64,000 nt of DNA from NCBI GenBank assembly GCA_009914755.4, contig CP068257.2, positions 24,896,001-24,960,000 of the forward strand, in the 5' to 3' direction. The translations under genes were made by a program, and so were the position numbers. Below the pieces are notes generated by a model that was not told the DNA's origin, searched no databases, and saw nothing but the letters and a program-made list of their open reading frames with translations. Positions within the stretch are counted from its first letter, which is position 1. Each line of letters starts with the position of its first letter. Source of the stretch: the human T2T-CHM13v2.0 reference genome, Homo sapiens. Below, in pieces: positions 57,601 to 64,000 of this stretch.

Positions 57601-60600
57601 ATTTTCTAAGGCTGAACAAATTAGCAAAACCTAAAGTACATTAATAATGTATAGTGACAAATCTAAAACCTAATGCCAGCTAATGGCAACTAAAAGAATA
57701 ATTAGCCCATTCGTTCATTTTCTTTCTGGGTGTGGTATAATTAAAGAAAATTATTGATTCATAAAAAATACTTAGCTTCAATCCAGGTGTGAACATGTTG
57801 GCTGTGATTGAGTCTCTCTTATAAAGGCGTAATTCGTGACATTAAAATATGAAATATTAAAAACATTGATTCATTTATTATAATCAAAGTCCAAGATTTT
57901 ATTTGAACCCACATAAAGAGAGGACAATTTAGGAATATTTAGGTTGTGATATAAAGTACCATAGAAATGACTACCTGTGTGTTAATATGAGATTATACTG
58001 GTAGAAAAGAGCCGTACCTTTGGGGATGTTGCTTAGTCTCTTTGACAGTCAGTATCCTCAATGGCAAAAGGAAGAAGTTTTTTAGTGAAGACCAAATTTC
58101 TGATCATCTCAAAAGCATAAACGGTTCTCTGCTGGGTGTCAGCCCTGAGTGAGGTTAAGAGGTTTTTTTTGAGTTTAGAGTGGTGGGGATGGAGAGGAAG
58201 CTTCTTCCTCACTCAAGGAAGATGGACTATTAATATGAGACCTTACTTGGGGGCACTTCTGCAAGTGGGCAGGTGACCTTGTGCACAGATGGGTGCACAG
58301 ATGGTCATGGCTCTGTCTTCTGTCACTTATCCGCAGTGGCGAAAAGAGATGCACTACGATCGATTCATGCCTACAGGAGGAGCTCCTTCACCCAGCTCGA
58401 CTGATTTTCTTTTCTCCTTGAGATCTTTTGGTAAAATTAGTCGTGTTTGTTCTCCACTGAGACTGGACTGGCCATCCCTCTGGAACCCTGGCACTGTTGT
58501 CTTTTGGGTCTCTTTTTCTTCTATGTGGTCAGTGGTAAGACTCAAGTTTGAGATTTATGAAATGACCTGGCCTAGTTTATCAGTAATCCCTTCATTAGAG
58601 TTTCTGACATAAATACAGTCATGAAATAAGTAAATAGCGACCCTAACTGAAAGTCATAGCACCTATGAGTATAACAAGAAAGATGATCTCTAAATCATTG
58701 ATAGGTTGATCATCAAAATGTCAAGAAAAACATATTTACTTTATTTGAATAAACTTTATAACTTTTTCTCTATAAACACTCTATTCCTCCATTAATTTAC
58801 ATTAAACATAAAGAATTAGGTTTGAAAGGAAGATATTCGACAGAAGTCAAATATCACTGCAACCCTGTGTGATGGGGAACTCAATCTATTTCCACGGTAG
58901 TTTTAATTATTTTCATGGTAGTTGACATCTCACCAACGGAAGTAACCCACCACTCCCTCAAATTAAAAAAAATAAAAATAAATAAATAATAAAGTGAGGC
59001 AGGGAGAAAGAGAGAGGTGTTTTCTTCTCTGGGCATAAGCTGGTTTGGGATAAAGCATTTTGTGAAAGGGTACATTTTATAAATCAGCAAAGAGAATATG
59101 AGAATAGCTCATGGAAAATTCAGACTACCAATCACTCTGGCGATTCACAAAAACGTGCTGAAGATCCACCTGGGGCACGTGATTGTTACTGCAAATTCAG
59201 TAAAAGTCTGTGACCTGCATTTGTTTTTTTTTTTAATAAGAAATATTCACATCAAACCAATGGTGCAAAATTAATGTGTAGGGATATGCATATTTTAATC
59301 TGTTAAATAATAGGACGGAGGATGACACATTTTGCATACATTGCTGACTACATTCGTGCTTTCTGCCACCATTCTAGGAAACAAAGCTGGCTTAGATGAG
59401 TCATTCCTTGCATTTATGTTTTTCTGTGACTATTTTGCTCTGGATTCAAGTTATGTGTCTTTTGTTCAGTAAATGCACTTAGAATAAACATTACCCTTAA
59501 TGATCATCTTGATTCCAAGAATCATAACTGACTGTTATTGGTTCTTAAGATGGCTGAGATTTTATTAGCTCATTTTAGTGGCCCTGTATAAATTTAAGTT
59601 AATTGACATTGTAGGCAAGTATGTGTTTGCCAACGTCCATCCTTGCAGATACGTTTTTAAGCACCCATTCCACTTTCAGACTGCGTCTCCTCATTCTCTC
59701 CATCAGAAAGTGAACAGGAAATTAAAACTAATTTTAATATTATGCAAGGCAAAACATAATTAAGAAAATGTGTAAAAAATTAAAAAGCTGAAATCCTCAT
59801 AATACAGTTCAAAGCTAAATAGAAAATGATTTTTTAATTATATGCTCATTTGAGTTATGTGCCACAGCCTCCCAAGAGAGATGCCTGTTTAAATCCAAGT
59901 ACTGACCTCAGTGCTTCATTATTACACCATGGGGTGGTATAAAAGGAAGTAAAATTTTTCTCCCTCTGCCCCCTCCCTCCTTCTTGTCTGTGTTTGGGAG
60001 AGAGTATGGTAAGAATATGGTTCTCACTATTCCCAATCCAACATCCACTCATCTTCTCAAGGATGTGCTCAATACTGGGGCATTGGGTTGGGGAGAGATT
60101 GATTATTAAATTGCTTCTTATACGGAATCTCAAGCATCCTTCACGTTTGGAGCTCAATCTGCCCATCACGTTCAATTCCTTAACTTTTTTAGCAGTTCAG
60201 CAGGGCCAGCAGGTTTGCTTTCTGGGCAGTCAGGTAGCTTTCATCTTTCTTTGGCCAGCTAAATCCATTATTACTCACCTGTCTGTTCTCCAGCTTCTAA
60301 AATTGTGTTGACCTGTCTGCACTTGTCTCTTTACTGCTCTCTTTATCTGTGTGAGATTCTGACTTTTACTTTTTTAAAAATCTCTTTGATGTCATTGTGG
60401 TTAGATTTCTGAAGGCAGCATGGGAAAATATATCTGTGCAATCTGCCATTCTTAAACAGATGTCCCTAAGACAGTATTTTGAATTAGAGTTTAGATTTTT
60501 GAAACAATACATTTTAAAAGGCATTTTAGTTGAGGGCATAAAAATGAGAAAAAATACTAAAGCAGCTCTCTTTTGCATTACTATTTGCATTAAACATGCC

Positions 60601-61497
60601 TTATAGCCTTGATAGCTGGGGAGATCCTAGAACCAACATAAGAAATAAATTCTTGAATGTGTTTATAAATCCTTGAAAAAATAATTCACAAGTATATTAT
60701 TTCTTCATAAAGTAGGCAGAAAATGAAACAAACCCCAAAATCCCAAGGAAAAAAGTAAGCGGTAATTAAAAATCTATTATTAAACAGTGAGAACAGCAAA
60801 ATTTATTTTTATGGCACTGTGGCAATAATAGAAGTTTTTCAAAAAGCCATATATGTAACAATATTTACCATTAGCCAGCTACAGAACACTCCCAGTTAAA
60901 ATTCTAGAAACTTATCTGATATTAATTCTTTAACAAAGAAGCTGACATAGTAATGTTCTTGGTAAGAATATGGTCCCTGAAGTTCTCAATCCAACATTCG
61001 CTCCTCTTCCCAAGGATGTCCTCAGTGCTGGGGCATTGGGTTGGAAAAGGATCTTGTAAAACCACATGGTACAGGCTTTCATCCTGTTTTACTTTAAAAA
61101 AAAAAGAAAGTTGGGATCCTCTTTCTAGGTCTCAGCTGAGGTTAAAGAAAAAGTTTGCGTATTAAACACCATCATTTAATGACTATAGGTTGCTGGTGTG
61201 CTGAGCTAAAGGTAATGAGACACAAGACAAAAACTCTGGTTTAATCACAGTATTTTCCATGTTATTTAAAATTTTAATCTTACCACAAAGTGTGAATCTG
61301 TCTTCAGGAGTAAAACTCAAGCAGGCCTTAAACTTGGATGGGTCTAGGAAAGAGCCCAGAATATTGACCCCTGCCTGTCAGGAAACATTAGAAACATTAT
61401 GTGGTTGCTTTACACTTGATTTATGCACTAGTTGGGCTTGTAGACTCTTTCCAAAAGTCTGAATTTTTCCAAAAATTCAGTGATGGGAAGAAGGGGT

Positions 61498-61502
61498 GGT
61501 GT

Positions 61503-61537
<35 letters not shown>
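61498..61537. repeat. (GT)n microsatellite, ~19 units, with one GA interruption.
   Basis: Direct reading of the sequence. Confidence 0.95.
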
Positions 61538-61804
61538 ACCTAAAACCTCTAAATAAATGCATGGGAAACTTCTCGCATCTGGTTGTATTCTCTCTCTTCA
61601 CAGATGGAAGCATGAACAGCTGTGTTTCCCTAGCTCTTTCCATGATATTTCTGGGAACTGAAAAACTGTACCTCTGTGTAATCTTCTCCTTATGTGACTA
61701 AATCCATACATTCCTATATTTTTTGCTGTCAGCTGAGCTATTTTAACTGTGTTTGTTGACCTCTTTCCATCAAGAACATTACCATTTTATTGTGCTAACA
61801 ATAT

Positions 61805-61835
61805 ACCACCACCACCACCACCACCACCACCACCA
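61805..61835. repeat. Perfect (ACC)10 trinucleotide repeat.
   Basis: The sequence accaccaccaccaccaccaccaccaccacca. Confidence 0.95.
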
Positions 61836-62601
61836 ATTTAGAGTTTTCACGGCATTGGGAACATCTCACTGGGAATAGATCTGCTTTCCAAAAACGTAAA
61901 GGCTTAGCCTACAAAATCCGAGAAAAGTTACAAACCTGTACTGTTAGGTTAACATGGGAAGTAGTAAACTTCTCTATTAAGATTCTGCCCTTTTATACTT
62001 TCTTCATTGTATTTTTTTGACTCATTTTGCATTCGTTTGAGCATTGGGAATATCCCAGTATCATCTTGGGCAGTGGGTGACTTCCATAGTGCCAGACAGC
62101 TCTACTGTCTTGGGGAGGTCTTCCGTGACACCTCAGCTCGCTGCAGTGAAGTGCTGGCTCATGCCAGCTGACTGTGTTTATCTCCTCCCAACTTTGCATT
62201 TGTCAAAGAGAAGTTGCTAACATAGATCAAGCATGGTGGGAGTAATTACACCATTGGAATTTTCCATCGCTACCAATCAGGGCTTTTATCGTCCTCCTCT
62301 CCCCCAAGCAGGTTGTTAAACATTTACCAGCATACCACTGTTCCCAATTATCTACACATTAATATACATTCTGATATATTTAAATGTGTTATGTTATAGC
62401 ATAAATGATAATAAAAAATCAAAACGTCTTTTCAAAGCAACTGCTCCAGTCTTAAAAAAATACCGCATGCTCTTAGTATATACCCAGTACATAAAAATAG
62501 TTACCCAATATAAATAGTAAATAGTTATCCAGTCCCTTACACATTGTATTTAGCTGTTGGTAATGCTGATTCACATAATGAAGGGCCTGGAAGTTCAGCT
62601 A

Positions 62602-62989
62602 TGATATGGTTAGGCTTTATGTCCCCACCCAGATCTCATCTTGAATTGTAACCCCCATAATCTCCATAATCCCCACCTGTCAAGGGAGAGACCAGGTGGA
62701 GGTAATTGAATCACGAGAGCGGTTCCCCCATGCTGTTCTCTTGATAGTGAGGGTGTTCTCACAAGATTTGATGGTTTTATAAAGGCCTTTCCCCCCTTCA
62801 CTCAGCACTTCTCCTTCCTCCTACCTTGTGAGGAAGATGCCTTGCTTCCCCTTCGCCTTCCACCACGATTGTGAGTTTCCTGAGGCTTCCCCAGCCATGC
62901 TGAACTGTGAGTCAGTTAAACCTCTTTCTTTTATAAATTACCCAGTCTCGGAGAGTTCTTTATAGCAGAATGAGAATTGATTAATACAA
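62602..62989 (+). mobile_element. MaLR (MST-like) solo LTR.
   Basis: The sequence tgatatggttaggctttatgtccccacccagatctcatcttgaattgtaacccccataatc...ggaggtaattgaatcacgagagcggttcccccatgctgttctcttgatagtgagggtgttctcacaagatttgatggttttataaagg...gccttccaccacgattgtgagtttcctgaggcttccccagccatgctgaactgtgagtcagttaaacctctttcttttataaattacccagtctcgg. Confidence 0.8.
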
Positions 62990-64000
62990 GCTATTTCTGT
63001 GTCTCCCAAGCATTCTAGCTTAAACTCTTCTTACTTACTATACTTTCTAAAGGGTCCTCTTAGGAATTTGTTGAATCATGTGTTCACTTCTGAGTGGGTT
63101 AGTACTATAAAAGAAAATTTGTTATTATTGTAAAATATTTCAGTCATAATACAAGACACAAAGGCTGTTACAATAACCTCTCATGTACTCACAGCCCAAT
63201 TTAAAGAAAATTAATGGAAAATTCCCATCTCTTAGCCCACTTCCATTTGTGCAGAGGTAACTATTATCCTCTATTTGATATTTTCATTCTTATATCGTTC
63301 TTGATACGTTTTCTACACCTGTGCTGTTATTTTTATTACTTTAAGTGTTTGAATAAATAGTATAACATTCTTTTAAATTTGCTTTTTTCCTTTGCTCAAT
63401 ATTTGTGAGAATTATCCAGGTAGATACAAGAAGCCCATGTTTAGCGATTCCAGTGCCATATCGTGTTCATTTTAAGGTTATATCACAATGTATTAATTGT
63501 TCTGTTTATAAGACATTTATGCTATTTTGACTATTTCATAAACATGCTGCTTAAGAACATTTTTGTATATGTGTTGTTATGCATGTATCTGAGAGTTTCT
63601 TAAAACATATAATTAGGGGTAGAATTACTAGAGAGTGAAGAGTGCCTCTCTAGCTTTCTTAGATATTGCCACATGTTGTCTAAAGTGATAATAATTTACC
63701 TTACATCTAGTAGAATATAAGAGTTATAGTTGCTTTATAATCTTCCTAAAATGTAGTACTGTTAGACTTAAATTTGAGCTGGTATGATGGATGTGAAATT
63801 AACAAAGTGGTTTTAAGTAAAAACACTTAATATATTATTAAACACAAAGTAGCAGGAGAATAAAAAATGGAAAAACTCAAATGTACTTCAACAATAGAAT
63901 GTATAAACAGGCAATAATGTATGCATACAATAGAATATCACTCGGCAATAAAATGAATGAAATACTGATACATGAGAAATATGGACAAATCATAAAATGG

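Overview
This window is human (primate) genomic DNA, not a prokaryotic or novel system. It contains 14 Alu elements, several LINE-1 fragments, MaLR LTRs, a Tigger1 DNA transposon, MIR fragments and many microsatellites. The only protein-coding signal I can support is the 5' end of CYYR1 (cysteine and tyrosine-rich 1, chr21q21.3) on the minus strand. Exon 1 (the initiator Met plus a signal-peptide-like segment) sits inside a CpG island at about 34.8-35.5 kb. Coding exon 2 lies at 28413-28515. Both are bounded by canonical splice sites and join in frame to give [24 protein letters not shown]|[35 protein letters not shown]. That places roughly 28.4 kb of CYYR1 intron 2 at the low-coordinate end and about 29 kb of upstream intergenic, repeat-rich sequence at the high-coordinate end. 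The locus assignment rests on my recollection of the CYYR1 protein sequence and should be confirmed by BLAST. Nearly all long ORFs in the six-frame track are artefacts: translations of Alu and L1 sequence, the Tigger1 transposase pseudogene, or GC-rich 5'UTR and promoter sequence. I found no CRISPR arrays, no operon-like gene clusters, no tRNA or rRNA genes, and nothing that looks like an undescribed biological system. The most notable structural details are nested-repeat chronologies and target-site duplications, listed below. Repeat boundaries are approximate (tens of bp).
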